DNA of 43,856 nucleotides from Opitutaceae bacterium (GCA_043741015.1 JAYUBB010000138.1:1-43856); one strand, 5' to 3'; positions 17,908-28,817 are shown, numbered from the stretch's first letter. The notes: generated from the letters alone by a model not told the origin. Translations and numbers: made by a program.

Positions 17908-18471
17908 TCACCGGTCGGGATATTTTTTCAGCCAATCGGCATTGGCCCGCCCCAAGGCTGACTCGAGCATACGCAAGGTCTCCCGGGAATCCGCACTGTC
18001 ATCCATCAAAACCCGTTCGACCCGGTGGAAGAGGGCGGCCTTGGTCTTCACCTCCTGTTCCTCCATCTGCATGTATAGCGCGATGCCGTTATTTAGGCCA
18101 AAGAGATTCCCGATGCGGAGACCAGGGTGGGTTTTCAGGGCGAGCTCCATGCGACCCTTGGCCGTGAGCCACGCAAAATCGGAAGGCGACTCCTTCATGA
18201 CCGGACGGACGGACATCTTGGGCAGACTGAGGACACCGTCTCGTTCCACGGCCGCCTCGGTGGATTGCGTGACCACGACCGTCTCGTCGGACGCATGGGG
18301 CACATACTTGGGCAGATCGGCGGCCAGCACCTCGGTGATCCAGGAGGATGCACCACTGGGCCGGCGGGATCCACCAGGCGAATCCGGAAATTCTGCGGCC
18401 CGGACAGTGAGTCCAAAGGGAAACACCCATGCCGCCAGCAGAACGATCCGGAGATGACGGCGGCAACTCAT
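17908..18471 (-). CDS. Secreted hypothetical protein
   Basis: 187 aa; signal peptide ([19 protein letters not shown]) followed by a soluble domain. Confidence 0.6.
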   Translation of the reverse strand: MSCRRHLRIVLLAAWVFPFGLTVRAAEFPDSPGGSRRPSGASSWITEVLAADLPKYVPHASDETVVVTQSTEAAVERDGVLSLPKMSVRPVMKESPSDFAWLTAKGRMELALKTHPGLRIGNLFGLNNGIALYMQMEEQEVKTKAALFHRVERVLMDDSADSRETLRMLESALGRANADWLKKYPDR

Positions 18472-18726
18472 AAGGACAACCTGCGGGCGACGGCCGAGCG
18501 TCGCAAGGCAACACCGGCGGCGCCCCGACCACCGGGGAGATTCACGAAGCCTTCACAGTCGATGGTTGACCAAAGGGTCCTCATTCAGCCTGAACCAGAC
18601 CCGCGACCCACCGGCCTGTTCCTCCTGGGGCAAAACTACCGGCCGCTCAGGATTTGCGTCCGCCCAAAATCCAAATTTGCTGCCCGTTGTCGCTCTTCCG
18701 TTACACCCCCAAATCATGGAGCCATT

Positions 18727-19617
18727 ATGAAACGCCGCACCGCCCGGGAATTCGACCAGGAACTGCTCGACCTCTATGATTACTTTGTCCACGGCCAGAT
18801 CGACCGCCGCGGTTTTCTGGACCGCGCAGCGAAATTCGCGGTTGGCGGGCTGACGGCCGCCGCCCTGCTTGAACTGCTGAGCCCGCAATACGCCTTCGCC
18901 GCGCAGGTGCCGAAGGAAGACAGCCGCGTTTCGTCCGAATACCTCAAATACCCCTCGCCCGAAGGCAGCGGGGAGGTGCGCGGACTCTTTGCCAGGCCCG
19001 CCGGAGCCATGGGCAAACTTCCCGGCATCGTCGTCGTGCATGAAAACCGCGGACTCAATCCCTACATCGAGGATGTGGCCCGGCGCGTCGCCGTGGCGGG
19101 CTTCGTGGCCTTCGCCCCCGATGCGCTCTACCCGGTCGGCGGCTACCCCGGCAATGACGACGAGGGGCGCGCCCTTCAGGCCAAGCTGGATGGCAAAAAA
19201 ATAACCGAGGATTTCGTCACCGCGGCGAAGTTCCTGCACAACCACCCCGATTGCAACGGCTCGCTCGGCGTGACTGGCTTCTGCTTCGGTGGCGGCATGG
19301 CCAATACCCTCGCGTGGCGGCTGCCCGACCTCGTGAAAGCCGCCGCTCCCTACTATGGCGGCCAGCCTTCCGCCGAAAACGCCGCCAAGATCAAGGGTGC
19401 CCTGCTCCTGCACTACGCGGAACTCGATAAGCGTGTGAACGCCGGCTGGCCCGACTATGAGAAAGCCCTCAAGGCCGCCGGCGTCAACTACGAGGCGCAC
19501 ATTTACCCCGGCGTGAACCACGGTTTCCATAACGACACCACCCCGCGCTACGACCAAGCCGCCGCCGAGTTGTCCTGGACCCGTACCATCGAGTTTTTCC
19601 GGAAAAAACTCGGCTGA
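18727..19617 (+). CDS. Dienelactone hydrolase family protein (YghX-like)
   Basis: [16 protein letters not shown]-terminus, [18 protein letters not shown], nucleophile [17 protein letters not shown]. Confidence 0.92.
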   Translation: MKRRTAREFDQELLDLYDYFVHGQIDRRGFLDRAAKFAVGGLTAAALLELLSPQYAFAAQVPKEDSRVSSEYLKYPSPEGSGEVRGLFARPAGAMGKLPGIVVVHENRGLNPYIEDVARRVAVAGFVAFAPDALYPVGGYPGNDDEGRALQAKLDGKKITEDFVTAAKFLHNHPDCNGSLGVTGFCFGGGMANTLAWRLPDLVKAAAPYYGGQPSAENAAKIKGALLLHYAELDKRVNAGWPDYEKALKAAGVNYEAHIYPGVNHGFHNDTTPRYDQAAAELSWTRTIEFFRKKLG

Positions 19618-19644
19618 CGCCGGGCCCGACAGCAGAGGAAAGGA

Positions 19645-20583
19645 TCAGACTTTTTGCCGGAGCTGCTTCCAGGATTGGAGGCAGCGCTGCGCGGTCTCGA
19701 ATTCGGAGAAGCGGCTGCCTTCCTGTTCCATCAGGTAGAATTCCACGCCGCCGACCGACTCGGCTGCGGCGATGATGTCGGCCCAGGGCGAGATGCCCTC
19801 CCCGAACAGCACCCGGTAGCCCTTGCCGTCCTCGGGCTTGCCCGGGGTCCAGTCCTTGAGGTGGACGCTGCGGATGCGGCCTGGATTGGCCTTGATCCAC
19901 GCGATGGGATCGGCGCCCGCCTCCATGCAGGTGCCTACGTCGAACTGGAGCACGAACTCCTTCGGCGTGTGGGCGGCGATCACGTCCATCACGCGCTGCC
20001 CGCCCTCAACGGGCTTCCACTCCGTCTGGTGATTGTGGAACCCGGCGGTCAGGCCATGCGGCAGAAGTTGCGTCACCGCCGCGGAGAGCTGTTCGCAAAG
20101 CTTTTTCCAGCCCTCCAGGCCCTTGTCTTCGCGACCGGCGCTGGCGAGGATGAGGTGCCGGGCCCCGATGATCTGGTTCAACTCGATCGCCTTGGCCATG
20201 CCTTCGCCGGGCGTGAAGGATTCAATGTGGTTGTGCGTCGAGTAGCAGCGCAGGCCGAGATCATCCATCCGGCTGCGCACCTCCTTGGCGTACGGAATCG
20301 TCCAGTCGTAATAGGGCGAATAGAACTCAACGGCCTCGTAGCCAGTCTTCGCCACCTCGCGCAACGTGCCCGGGAGATCCTTGGCCAGCGCACCGCGCAC
20401 CGAGTAGAGCTCGAGTCCGATGGGATACTTTTTTGCCGGCGGTGCAACAGAAGTGGCCGCGTCACCAGCCGCAAGCGCGCGACCGGCCACGGATTGTGTC
20501 AGGAGCGCGGCGGGGACCAAACCGGAGAGCGCCAGGAACCGTCGGCGCGTGAGATCGGAAGAAGCGGGGGTTGTTGGGGGCAT
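19645..20583 (-). CDS. Tat-exported sugar phosphate isomerase/epimerase (xylose-isomerase-like TIM barrel)
   Basis: TRRRFL Tat motif; GLELYSVR, FHNH..E, QFDVG, HLKD, MEQE metal-binding motifs. Confidence 0.88.
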   Translation of the reverse strand: MPPTTPASSDLTRRRFLALSGLVPAALLTQSVAGRALAAGDAATSVAPPAKKYPIGLELYSVRGALAKDLPGTLREVAKTGYEAVEFYSPYYDWTIPYAKEVRSRMDDLGLRCYSTHNHIESFTPGEGMAKAIELNQIIGARHLILASAGREDKGLEGWKKLCEQLSAAVTQLLPHGLTAGFHNHQTEWKPVEGGQRVMDVIAAHTPKEFVLQFDVGTCMEAGADPIAWIKANPGRIRSVHLKDWTPGKPEDGKGYRVLFGEGISPWADIIAAAESVGGVEFYLMEQEGSRFSEFETAQRCLQSWKQLRQKV

Positions 20584-20661
20584 GGCTGGCAGTCAAGCCA
20601 TCAACGCCCGCGTGGCAAGGCGGTCGTGCCGGGTCCGCCAACTGGTCTGGTTTTTCCGCTG

Positions 20662-22731
20662 CTACCAGACACGCACGCGGTCAGCAGGCGCGAGATAAAG
20701 CTTCTGACCGGGCTTCACCCCGAACGCCTCGTACCACGCATCGAGGTTGCGAACCGTCAGAGCGCGGTATTCGCCCGGCGCGTGACCGTCGGTGATGAGC
20801 CGCTGGCGGTACGAGGCCTCGCGCATTTTGCTCCGCCATTTTTGCGCAAAAGCGATGAAGAACAACTGGTCGCCGGTGTAGCTCCCGATAGCGGCCTCCA
20901 CCTGGCCGGCGGTTGCGGCGTGGTAGCCATCGTAGGCGGCCGCAAGCCCGGCGAGGTCCGCAAGGTTTTCACTCAGGGTCAGCTGCCCGTTGATCCCGAG
21001 GTCGCTGAAGGGACGGTAGGCGGAATATTGTGCGACCAAAGCTGCGGCCGAACGTTTGAAATGCGCGAGGTCCGCGGGTGTCCACCAATCACGCAGGCGG
21101 CCCTGAGCGTCGAACTGGGCGCCTTGGTCGTCAAAACTATGGCTGATCTCGTGTCCGATGGTGGTACCGATGCCGGCATAGTTGACCGCATCGGGCGCGG
21201 CCGGGTCGAAGAACGGCGGTTGGAGGTACGCCGCCGGAAAGTTGAGCGCGTTCTGCATCGGCATGTTGACGGCGTTAACCACCTGAGGGGCCATGCACCA
21301 CTCGATTGCATCGACGGGACCCCCCAGTTTGGCGATGCGGCGGCTGTAGTTGAACTGTTCCGCCCGCAGGGTGTTGCCTAGGGTGTCGGCGGGATCGATA
21401 ACGAGCCCCGTGTAATCCGCCCAGCGGTCGGGGTAGCCGACTCCGACGTAGAGCGACTTGAGCTTGGCGCGGGCCTGTTCCTTGGTGGCGGGCGCCATCC
21501 AGTCGAGCCGGCTGATGCGTGCATCAAAGGCGCGGACAATGTTTGCGACCATGGCCTGGGCCTTGGCCTTGCTGGCCGGCGGAAAATACCTCGCGACATA
21601 CACCTGGCCAACCGCATCGGGCACGGCCGCGTTAGCGGCGGCGAGGGCGCGCTTCCAACGGACCGCCTGCTGCGGGGTGCCCGACAGCGCCGTGCCGTAG
21701 AAGGCGAAACGCGCGGCGGCAAACGCCTTGGGCAGCACACCGGAGTATTTGTTCAGCGTGTGGAAGACCAAATAATCCCGCCAGACCGCCAGCGGCTCGC
21801 TACCGACCAGCGCGGCGGCCCCGATGACCGCGCCGGGATGCCAGACGATGAAGCGCGGCGAGGCGGCGAGCTGCGCGCCCTGGAAAAACGCGGCCCAATC
21901 GAGGCCCGGCGCTTTAGTCGCAAAATCCTCGCGGCGCCACGGGTTGTTGGCCTTGAGCACGTCCACCGACTCCTCCCGGGTCGCGTGCGCCTGCGCGAGC
22001 TTGAGTTCAAGGGTGTAGACACGCTCCGCGCGCGCCTCGGCGTCGGCGAGCCCACCGAACCGGAGGATGGTGGCGATGTGCGCCCGGTATTTGGTCCTCA
22101 GGCCCTCCATCCGGGCGCTGTCGGTGAGATAGTACGCCCGGTCCGGCATGCCGAGCCCACCCTGCAGGAGATAGGGTGTGTAGTGCTCCGGATCGTCAAG
22201 CCCCTGGACGACCCACAACCCGAACAGGTTTTCAGTGTAGAAATTGGTCATGTTCAGCGCATCGACGTCGGTGCGCAGCGTGGCGCCGAGAACGCGGGCC
22301 AGCCCGGCCCGGTCGGTGATGGTGGCAATGCTGTGCAACCGCGGCTGCAGCGGTGCCACGCCCCGGACCTCGATGCCGGCCTCATCCATGTACGCCGAAT
22401 AGAAATCGACTGCGATGCGTTCCACGGGCGTGGCCGAGGCACGGTTCTGGGCAATGGCTTGGAGCAATGCGACGAGCCGCTCATTGGTTTCTTCCCCCAG
22501 CGCGGCGCCCGAGCCCCAATTGCCCCGGTCGGCTGGAATTTCGATCGTGTCCATCCACTTGCCGTTGGCGTAGCCGTTAAAGTCATCACCCGGCACGACC
22601 GACGGGTTCATGCCCGCCGTGTCGATATCCGACGATTTCACCGGCTGGGCTGCCCCGGCAGCGACCAGCGGGGCCGCGAGCAGAAGCCATTTCAGCTGCG
22701 GGAGACGAACGACGGAGAAGAAAGCAGGCAT
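20662..22731 (-). CDS. M13 family metallopeptidase (neprilysin/PepO-like)
   Basis: PGDDFNGYANGKW, VNAVN, HEISH zinc motif, ENLAD, DGHAP; signal peptide. Confidence 0.95.
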   Translation of the reverse strand: MPAFFSVVRLPQLKWLLLAAPLVAAGAAQPVKSSDIDTAGMNPSVVPGDDFNGYANGKWMDTIEIPADRGNWGSGAALGEETNERLVALLQAIAQNRASATPVERIAVDFYSAYMDEAGIEVRGVAPLQPRLHSIATITDRAGLARVLGATLRTDVDALNMTNFYTENLFGLWVVQGLDDPEHYTPYLLQGGLGMPDRAYYLTDSARMEGLRTKYRAHIATILRFGGLADAEARAERVYTLELKLAQAHATREESVDVLKANNPWRREDFATKAPGLDWAAFFQGAQLAASPRFIVWHPGAVIGAAALVGSEPLAVWRDYLVFHTLNKYSGVLPKAFAAARFAFYGTALSGTPQQAVRWKRALAAANAAVPDAVGQVYVARYFPPASKAKAQAMVANIVRAFDARISRLDWMAPATKEQARAKLKSLYVGVGYPDRWADYTGLVIDPADTLGNTLRAEQFNYSRRIAKLGGPVDAIEWCMAPQVVNAVNMPMQNALNFPAAYLQPPFFDPAAPDAVNYAGIGTTIGHEISHSFDDQGAQFDAQGRLRDWWTPADLAHFKRSAAALVAQYSAYRPFSDLGINGQLTLSENLADLAGLAAAYDGYHAATAGQVEAAIGSYTGDQLFFIAFAQKWRSKMREASYRQRLITDGHAPGEYRALTVRNLDAWYEAFGVKPGQKLYLAPADRVRVW

Positions 22732-22887
22732 GGATTGAAGGGGTTGGTTTTTGTCCCGACGATGCGGGATGCCCCGGCAGCGTCAAACGGCAACAGCTCG
22801 TTGCCTTGCGCCCGCATCAAGCGTCTGGCCCACCGGTTGATCAGATCAGTCTAGGCGTCACCCGGCCTGGTCGGGTGGGCAATCCAG

Positions 22888-23343
22888 CTAGAGTTTCCTT
22901 TCCTGGCGGGAGGATTTTTGCGCGAGAAAATGATCGTTGAACATCAGGACCTCGGTGGTCTCCTCGGTGAGATATTGTACATCGTGGAACGTGACCTGGC
23001 CGGGCGTGACATGCTGGCGGACCGTGCCGTCAGACTCCGTGGTGTTGATCACGACATCGGGGGTGGCGACGCGCATCTGCTCCGCGCGCCGGGAAATCTC
23101 GCGCACATACACCCACACCTCGGCTTTGCCGTTGGGCGCCTTCATCGGTTTGGTTTCGGTCGGCTCGCCCAGAAGCTTTCTGACCGCGCCGGCCGGCATC
23201 CCCTGCTTGAGGGTGGTGGCCGGATTGTCGGCTGCGGCTCCAGGCGGCCTGGCCTTGTCTGACACCTCCGGGTTAGTGGCGCTGATCCCGGGGACCAGAA
23301 ACCCCGCGAGCAAGGCAGACAGGAATAGTTTACGGAAAATCAT
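22888..23343 (-). CDS. Secreted hypothetical protein (SmpA/BamE-like motif)
   Basis: Signal peptide from ATG 23343; LKQGM...VRKLLGEP...EVWVY pattern. Confidence 0.6.
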   Translation of the reverse strand: MIFRKLFLSALLAGFLVPGISATNPEVSDKARPPGAAADNPATTLKQGMPAGAVRKLLGEPTETKPMKAPNGKAEVWVYVREISRRAEQMRVATPDVVINTTESDGTVRQHVTPGQVTFHDVQYLTEETTEVLMFNDHFLAQKSSRQERKL

Positions 23344-23492
23344 GGATAAAGAGCTTAACACCGGACTCCAGTGGAATACTTCAGAAAATATTGTGGATAC
23401 CGCGTGCGTCCGCTGGGGGGCGCAATGTCCGGCTTGGACGGTTTCTAGCTTGGTTGGAGTTGATGCCCCGGCTAGCTTCCCCACCCTCCCCT

Positions 23493-24557
23493 ATGAAAAA
23501 CCTGCCCTGCCCCTTGGGTTTAATGATGTTGATCTCAGCCGCGGGCGCTCTCGCCCAGCCGACAGCGACTCCCCCGCCGGCCGCTCAACCGGTGATCGCT
23601 ACACCCGCGTCTCCGCCCCGCCCCCCCGTCAACCCGGCGATGGATGCATTCTACAAACTCGGGCCGGATTCATTGCCGCATGAGGGCGTGCCGAAGGGCA
23701 AATTTTCCGGACCAAAGACGCTGCCGTCCACGGTGTTTCCGGGCACGCAGCACACCTACTACGTCTATGTGCCCGCCCAATACGACCCGGCTCAGCCGGT
23801 GGCCGTCATGGTTTTCAACGACGGGCAAGCGATGATGGCCGAGCCCGGTGACGTGCAGGCCCAGAACGTTCTGGACAACCTGATCTACCGGCGGGAAATC
23901 CCTGTCATGCTCGGCGTATTCATCAACCCGGGCCGGCGCCCTGACCAGCCCGAACCCAACCCACACGACTGGGGTGACCGGACCACCAACCGCGCCGACG
24001 AATATAATCCACCCACCGACAAATACGCCCGCGTCATCGTGGACGAGCTGATGCCTGCGGTGAAAGCAGAGTATAACATTTCTCCTGACGTAAATCTGCA
24101 CGGCATCATGGGCTCCAGTTCGGGCGGGTGCGCCGCCTTCGGCGTGGCGTGGTTCCGCCCGGATGACTTCCGGAAAGTCATCACCTTCGTCGGCAGCTTC
24201 ACTGATATCCGGGGCGAATTCATCTACCCCGAGCTGGTCGCGGCCAGCGAAAGGAAACCGATCCGTATTTTTATGCAGGATGGCCGCAACGACAACCGCA
24301 ACCCCGGCAATCTGAAGCGTGACTGGTTCTACCAGAATGTCCGGTTGGTGGCGGCGCTCACCCAGAAAGGCTACGACTTGAGTTACACCTGGGGTATCGG
24401 CAACCACGGCCAGAAACAAGGCGGAGCGATTTTCCCGGAGATGATGCGCTGGCTCTGGCGCGACCAACCCGTGTCCACCGATCCCAACGACGCGCTCGAA
24501 CGTGCCTTCCGTGTCCCCATGGCCGCGGCGACCGAACCGCCGGTCTCTGGCAAATAG
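23493..24557 (+). CDS. Secreted enterochelin-esterase-like alpha/beta hydrolase
   Basis: Signal peptide, [23 protein letters not shown] elbow, GNHG...RWLWRD. Confidence 0.85.
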   Translation: MKNLPCPLGLMMLISAAGALAQPTATPPPAAQPVIATPASPPRPPVNPAMDAFYKLGPDSLPHEGVPKGKFSGPKTLPSTVFPGTQHTYYVYVPAQYDPAQPVAVMVFNDGQAMMAEPGDVQAQNVLDNLIYRREIPVMLGVFINPGRRPDQPEPNPHDWGDRTTNRADEYNPPTDKYARVIVDELMPAVKAEYNISPDVNLHGIMGSSSGGCAAFGVAWFRPDDFRKVITFVGSFTDIRGEFIYPELVAASERKPIRIFMQDGRNDNRNPGNLKRDWFYQNVRLVAALTQKGYDLSYTWGIGNHGQKQGGAIFPEMMRWLWRDQPVSTDPNDALERAFRVPMAAATEPPVSGK

Positions 24558-24607
24558 GATTAAGCCCGAGAACTGCCCGCGCTTGGGGCCAAGCCAGGAT
24601 GTCAGGC

Positions 24608-24644
24608 TTGACAGTCGCCCGCCTGTAGTTAACCAATAGGTTAA
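24608..24644 (+). promoter_or_regulatory. Probable promoter -35 element and ArsR autoregulatory operator
   Basis: TTGACA at 24608-24613; palindrome TTAACC-AATA-GGTTAA at 24629-24644, just upstream of the ArsR start. Confidence 0.6.
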
Positions 24645-24658
24645 TTAAAGAAGCCCGT

Positions 24659-25024
24659 ATGTCGCCCGACCGCCTCAGTCTCACTTTTTCCGCCCTCGCC
24701 GACCCTACGCGCCGCGCAATCCTGGCCCGCCTGATCTCGGGTCAGGTATCGGTCACCGAGCTGGCCGAGCCCCACGCCATGAGCCTGCCCGCCATCTCCA
24801 AGCATCTGCGGGTGTTGGAACGCTGCGGTCTCATCGACCGGAGCCGTGACGCACAGTGGCGCCCTTGCCGGCTCAAAGCCGAACCCATGAAGGAGGCGGT
24901 GGACTGGATGGAACAATACCGGCGTCACTGGGAACAGAGCTTCGACCGGCTCGAGGAGTATTTAAAGCAACTGCAAGCAGAGAAACCAAAGACAAAGGAC
25001 AAGACCCATGGCCGCAAAAAATAA
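24659..25024 (+). CDS. ArsR/SmtB family transcriptional regulator
   Basis: FSALADPTRRAIL...SLPAISKHLRVLE...AQWRPC winged HTH. Confidence 0.93.
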   Translation: MSPDRLSLTFSALADPTRRAILARLISGQVSVTELAEPHAMSLPAISKHLRVLERCGLIDRSRDAQWRPCRLKAEPMKEAVDWMEQYRRHWEQSFDRLEEYLKQLQAEKPKTKDKTHGRKK

Positions 25025-25985
25025 CCCTATTCCCGACAACCCTGACCGGGAGATCGTCATCTCCCGCGTCGTCGATGCCCCGCGCGAACTGGTGTGGCAG
25101 GCGTGGACCGACCCGCAGCACGTCGTGCGCTGGTGGGGACCGCGCGGTTTCAGCACCACGATCAAAAAGATGGATTTTCGCGGCGGCGGCGTGTGGGAAC
25201 ACGTCATGCGCGGACCGGACGGGGTGAACTACCCGAACAAGAGCACCTTCAAGGACATCGTGCCGCTGGAGCGCATCACCTACTCGCATGGCGGCCGCCG
25301 CGAGGACGGTCCGGGCGCGTCCTTCGAGGCGACGTGGACCTTCGAGACCGTCGGGAAGGGCAAAACGAGGCTGACCGGCCGCATGGTCTTCCCAACGGCC
25401 GAGGCCCGCGACTTCGTGGTCAAGGAGTTCGGGGCCATCGAGGGCGGCAAGCAGACGCTCGAGCGGTTGACGGAATACCTGCCGGGGATGGCGGCGGCTC
25501 CGGGCGAGTTCGTCATCACCCGCGTGCTCGCCGCCCCGCGCGACCTCGTCTGGAAAGCCTGGACCGAGGTCGAGCAGTTGAAGGCCTGGTTCGGACCGAA
25601 GGGCTTCACCACGCCCGTGGCGAAGCTGGATTTCCGGCCGGGCGGGATGTTCCACTACTGCATGGTGGCGGCGGACGGCGGAAAAATGTGGGGCCGGTTC
25701 ATCTACCGCGAGATCACCGCGCCCGAGCGGCTGGTCTGGGTCAATTCCTTCTCGGACGAGAAGGGCGGTTTGGGACGCCATCCGTTCAGTGAAACCTGGC
25801 CGCAGGAGATGCTGACCGTCGTCACCTTCGCCGAATACGCGAGCCAGACGATCGTCACGGTCAAGTGGACGGCGCTCAATGCGACGGCCGCGGAGCAAAA
25901 AACCTTCGACTCAAACCACGACAGCATGAACCAGGGCTGGGGCGGGACCTTTGAGCAGCTCGCGGCCCATCTGACGAAAGCCTGA
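25008..25985 (+). CDS. Tandem SRPBCC (AHSA1-like) domain protein
   Basis: Two copies of I.R...APR.LVW.AWT....WW/FGP.GF...DFR.GG. Confidence 0.9.
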   Translation: MAAKNNPIPDNPDREIVISRVVDAPRELVWQAWTDPQHVVRWWGPRGFSTTIKKMDFRGGGVWEHVMRGPDGVNYPNKSTFKDIVPLERITYSHGGRREDGPGASFEATWTFETVGKGKTRLTGRMVFPTAEARDFVVKEFGAIEGGKQTLERLTEYLPGMAAAPGEFVITRVLAAPRDLVWKAWTEVEQLKAWFGPKGFTTPVAKLDFRPGGMFHYCMVAADGGKMWGRFIYREITAPERLVWVNSFSDEKGGLGRHPFSETWPQEMLTVVTFAEYASQTIVTVKWTALNATAAEQKTFDSNHDSMNQGWGGTFEQLAAHLTKA

Positions 25986-26021
25986 GGCGAAAACCAATTC
26001 ACCAAACCAACCAGAATCCCC

Positions 26022-26498
26022 ACGCAAAAGATCACTCCGTTCCTCTGGTTTGACAACAACCTCGAATAGGCCGTCAAATTCTATACCGCCATCTTCAAGG
26101 ACTCGAAAGTGCTCGAGGTCCGACGTTACGACGAGACCGGTCCCGACGGGAAGACCAGGGTCATGACGGCTTCGTTCCGCCTCGCCGGCCAGGAGTTTAT
26201 CGGCCTGAACGGCGGCCCGCACTTCAAGTTCACCGAGGCCGTCTCCTTTGTCGTAAGCTGCAAGACGCAACGGGAGGTGGACTACTACTGGCGGAGGCTG
26301 ACCACCGGCGGGGGCCGGCCGAGCCAGTGCGCCTGGCTGAAGGACAAGTTTGGCCTCTCTTGGCAAATCGTGCCGGACACATTGATGGAGCTGCTGGGTG
26401 ACAAGGACCCCGTCAAGGCCGCGCGGGTGATGCAGGCCATGCTGCAAATGTCGAAGATCGACATCAAGGCCCTGAAGCGGGCCCATGCCGGACGTTAG
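26022..26498 (+). pseudogene. VOC/PhnB-like (3-demethylubiquinone-9 methyltransferase family) gene with ACG start and in-frame TAG
   Basis: ACG(26022)-QKITPFLWFDNNLE-TAG(26067-26069)-AVKFY... continues in frame to LNGGPHFKFTEAVSF...WLKDKFGLSWQIVP. Confidence 0.85.
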
Positions 26499-26562
26499 GC
26501 AGCTGACGGAATTCGTGTCGCGTCCGGCCTGATTTACCGTATCTATCTCACCCAATAACCCT

Positions 26563-26952
26563 ATGGAAACAACCACCCCACCCGCCCCCGTTTCGAAAGC
26601 CGCCCGTTGGACCGGCTACGTTATGTCCACCCTGCCCGTGCTGCTGCTGCTCATGAGCGGCGCAATGAAAATCGCCCAGACCGCCGAGATCGTGAAGGGC
26701 TTTGCCGACTGGCCGGCGGGTAGCGCTGTCGCGATCGGTATCCTCGAGCTCGCCTGCACCGTCGTCTATTTGGTCCCGCGCACCGCCGTGCTCGGCGCGA
26801 TCTTGCTCACCGGCTACCTCGGCGGCGCCACAGCCGTGTCCGTGCGTCTGGGTGTCTCCTTTGTCCTACCGGTTGCTTTCGGTGTGCTCGTCTGGGGCGG
26901 GCTTTATCTGCGCGACCCCCGGTTGCGTGCGCTGATCCCGCTGCGGCGTTAA
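26563..26952 (+). CDS. DoxX family membrane protein
   Basis: SGAMK...IGILELAC...PRTAVLGAILLTGYLGGA...GLYLRDPRLR. Confidence 0.88.
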   Translation: METTTPPAPVSKAARWTGYVMSTLPVLLLLMSGAMKIAQTAEIVKGFADWPAGSAVAIGILELACTVVYLVPRTAVLGAILLTGYLGGATAVSVRLGVSFVLPVAFGVLVWGGLYLRDPRLRALIPLRR

Positions 26953-27029
26953 ATTAGGGACCGACAAGCCAGTCGGGGCGTGACAGCTGACGCGGATTTC
27001 CCAGCCTTCCGGTGTCTGCCCCACCAGCT

Positions 27030-28817
27030 ATGCTTCTACCCGTCCGTTCGCTCCGCCCTGTTGCTTTAATCGCCTGCCTGCTGGCGCCGCTCGCCCAGGT
27101 CATCGCCGCCGAGCCCGCGTTCCTTCAATGGGCGCAGCGCCCGCCGATGGGCTGGAACAGCTGGGATTGCTTCGGCACGACAGTGACCGAGGACCTGACC
27201 AAGGCCCAGGCCGGCTACATGGCGCAACACCTCAAGTCGCATGGCTGGGAATACATTGTCGTCGACATCCAGTGGTATGAGCCGGGCTCGGCCGGTCACA
27301 GCTACCGCGAGGGTGCGCCGCTCACGCTGGACGGCTACGGCCGGCTGCAGCCCGCGCCCAACAAGTTCCCCTCCGCCGCGGGTGGCGCGGGTTTCAAACC
27401 GCTCGCCGATCACGTCCACTCGCTCGGCCTGAAGTTCGGCGTCCACCTCATGCGCGGCATCCCGCGCAACGCCGTGAAGGCCAACCTGCCCGTCCTCGGC
27501 ACGGCCTACCACGCCCAAGACATCGCCAACACCGCCAGCACCTGTCCGTGGAATCCCGACATGTACGGCGTCGATATGTCCAAACCCGGCGCTCAGGCCT
27601 ACTACGACTCGGTCTTCGCGCTCCTGGCCACGTGGGGCGTCGACTACGTGAAAGTCGACGACATCTCCCGCCCTTATCACCAGAACGAAAAGGAAATCGA
27701 GGCCATCCGCGCCGCCATCGATCACAGCGGCCGGCCGATCATCCTCAGCCTCTCGCCCGGCGAAACCGCGCTGACCGCCGCCGGCCACGTCAGCCGGCAC
27801 GCCAACCTCTGGCGCATCAGCGACGATTTCTGGGACCGCTGGCTCGCGCTGCACGACCAGTTCTCCCGTCTCTGGAATTGGAACGAGCACCGCCGTCCGG
27901 GGGCGTGGCCCGACGCCGACATGCTGCCGCTCGGCCGGCTCAACCTCGGCGAGCGGGCGACACGCTTCACCCCCGACGAACAACGCACCATGCTGAGCCT
28001 CTGGTCCATCGCCCGCTCCCCGCTCATGCACGGCGGCGATCTGACCAAGACGGACGACTTCACCCTCTCGCTCCTCACCAACGACGAGGTCCTCGCCGTC
28101 AACCAGCGCAGCGCGAACAACCGGCCGCTCTTCAATCACGACGACCTCATCGCGTGGGTGGCCGACGTGCCCGGCTCACTCGACAAATACCTCGCCGTCT
28201 TCAACGCCCGGGATCGCGTCCGCCTCACGCCGGAAAACGCCCGCCAGGTCAGCATGGGTACCAAGAGCCAGCCCGCCTCGATCGACGCGGTTGTCCGCGG
28301 CGGCACCCGGCTGTTCCTCGCTGCCCTGCCCGGGGACGTCAGCGGCGAGTGGAACCGCGTCCTCTGGCGCGAGCCGCGCCTCGTCTTCGCCGACGGCACC
28401 GAACGCCCGCTCACCGATTTCAAATGGACGAACGCCGACGCCTGCTGGGACAGCACCAAGGTTAAAAAAGACCCCGCCGGCCTAGTTCTTGGTGTCGCCG
28501 CCGAAATCCCCGCCGTCGTCGAATACGTGCTGCCCGCTGGAGCCGTCCGCTTCAAGGCCACCGGCCTCGTCGAGAGCAATGGCCGCGGGACCGTGCCCGG
28601 CCCCGTGCGTTTTCTGGTCGACGTCGCCACACCGCAGAACGAAGGCCCCGTCCCCGGCCTGCCCGTGGACGTTTCGCTGGCCGATATGGGTTTCACCGGG
28701 GCCGTGAAGGTCCGCAACCTCTGGACCCACGAGGATCTCGGGAAGTTTACCGGGAAGTTCACCTCGCTCATCCCCTGGCACGGCGCGGGGCTGTATCGGC
28801 TGAGTGCCGCCCGGTAA
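27030..28817 (+). CDS. GH27 glycoside hydrolase (alpha-galactosidase/beta-L-arabinopyranosidase-like) with NPCBM-like insert
   Basis: PPMGWNSWD, YIVVDIQW, GVDYVKVDD, WRISDDFWD, WPDADMLPLG; signal peptide. Confidence 0.9.
   Translation: MLLPVRSLRPVALIACLLAPLAQVIAAEPAFLQWAQRPPMGWNSWDCFGTTVTEDLTKAQAGYMAQHLKSHGWEYIVVDIQWYEPGSAGHSYREGAPLTLDGYGRLQPAPNKFPSAAGGAGFKPLADHVHSLGLKFGVHLMRGIPRNAVKANLPVLGTAYHAQDIANTASTCPWNPDMYGVDMSKPGAQAYYDSVFALLATWGVDYVKVDDISRPYHQNEKEIEAIRAAIDHSGRPIILSLSPGETALTAAGHVSRHANLWRISDDFWDRWLALHDQFSRLWNWNEHRRPGAWPDADMLPLGRLNLGERATRFTPDEQRTMLSLWSIARSPLMHGGDLTKTDDFTLSLLTNDEVLAVNQRSANNRPLFNHDDLIAWVADVPGSLDKYLAVFNARDRVRLTPENARQVSMGTKSQPASIDAVVRGGTRLFLAALPGDVSGEWNRVLWREPRLVFADGTERPLTDFKWTNADACWDSTKVKKDPAGLVLGVAAEIPAVVEYVLPAGAVRFKATGLVESNGRGTVPGPVRFLVDVATPQNEGPVPGLPVDVSLADMGFTGAVKVRNLWTHEDLGKFTGKFTSLIPWHGAGLYRLSAAR

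Noticed and set aside
18127-18726. 200-aa N-terminal extension of the dienelactone hydrolase in the ORF track
   Set aside because: It overlaps the opposite-strand 187-aa gene; the family-typical start is ATG 18727.
26067-26069. Amber recoding (pyrrolysine or alternative genetic code) in the VOC gene
   Set aside because: TAG is a normal stop for several genes here (for example those ending at 11370, 24557 and 33921), and the same gene has also lost its ATG.
26500-26991. 9-bp direct repeat cagctgacg on both sides of the DoxX gene
   Set aside because: Short, GC-rich, no compositional shift, and DoxX is a normal member of such operons; probably chance.
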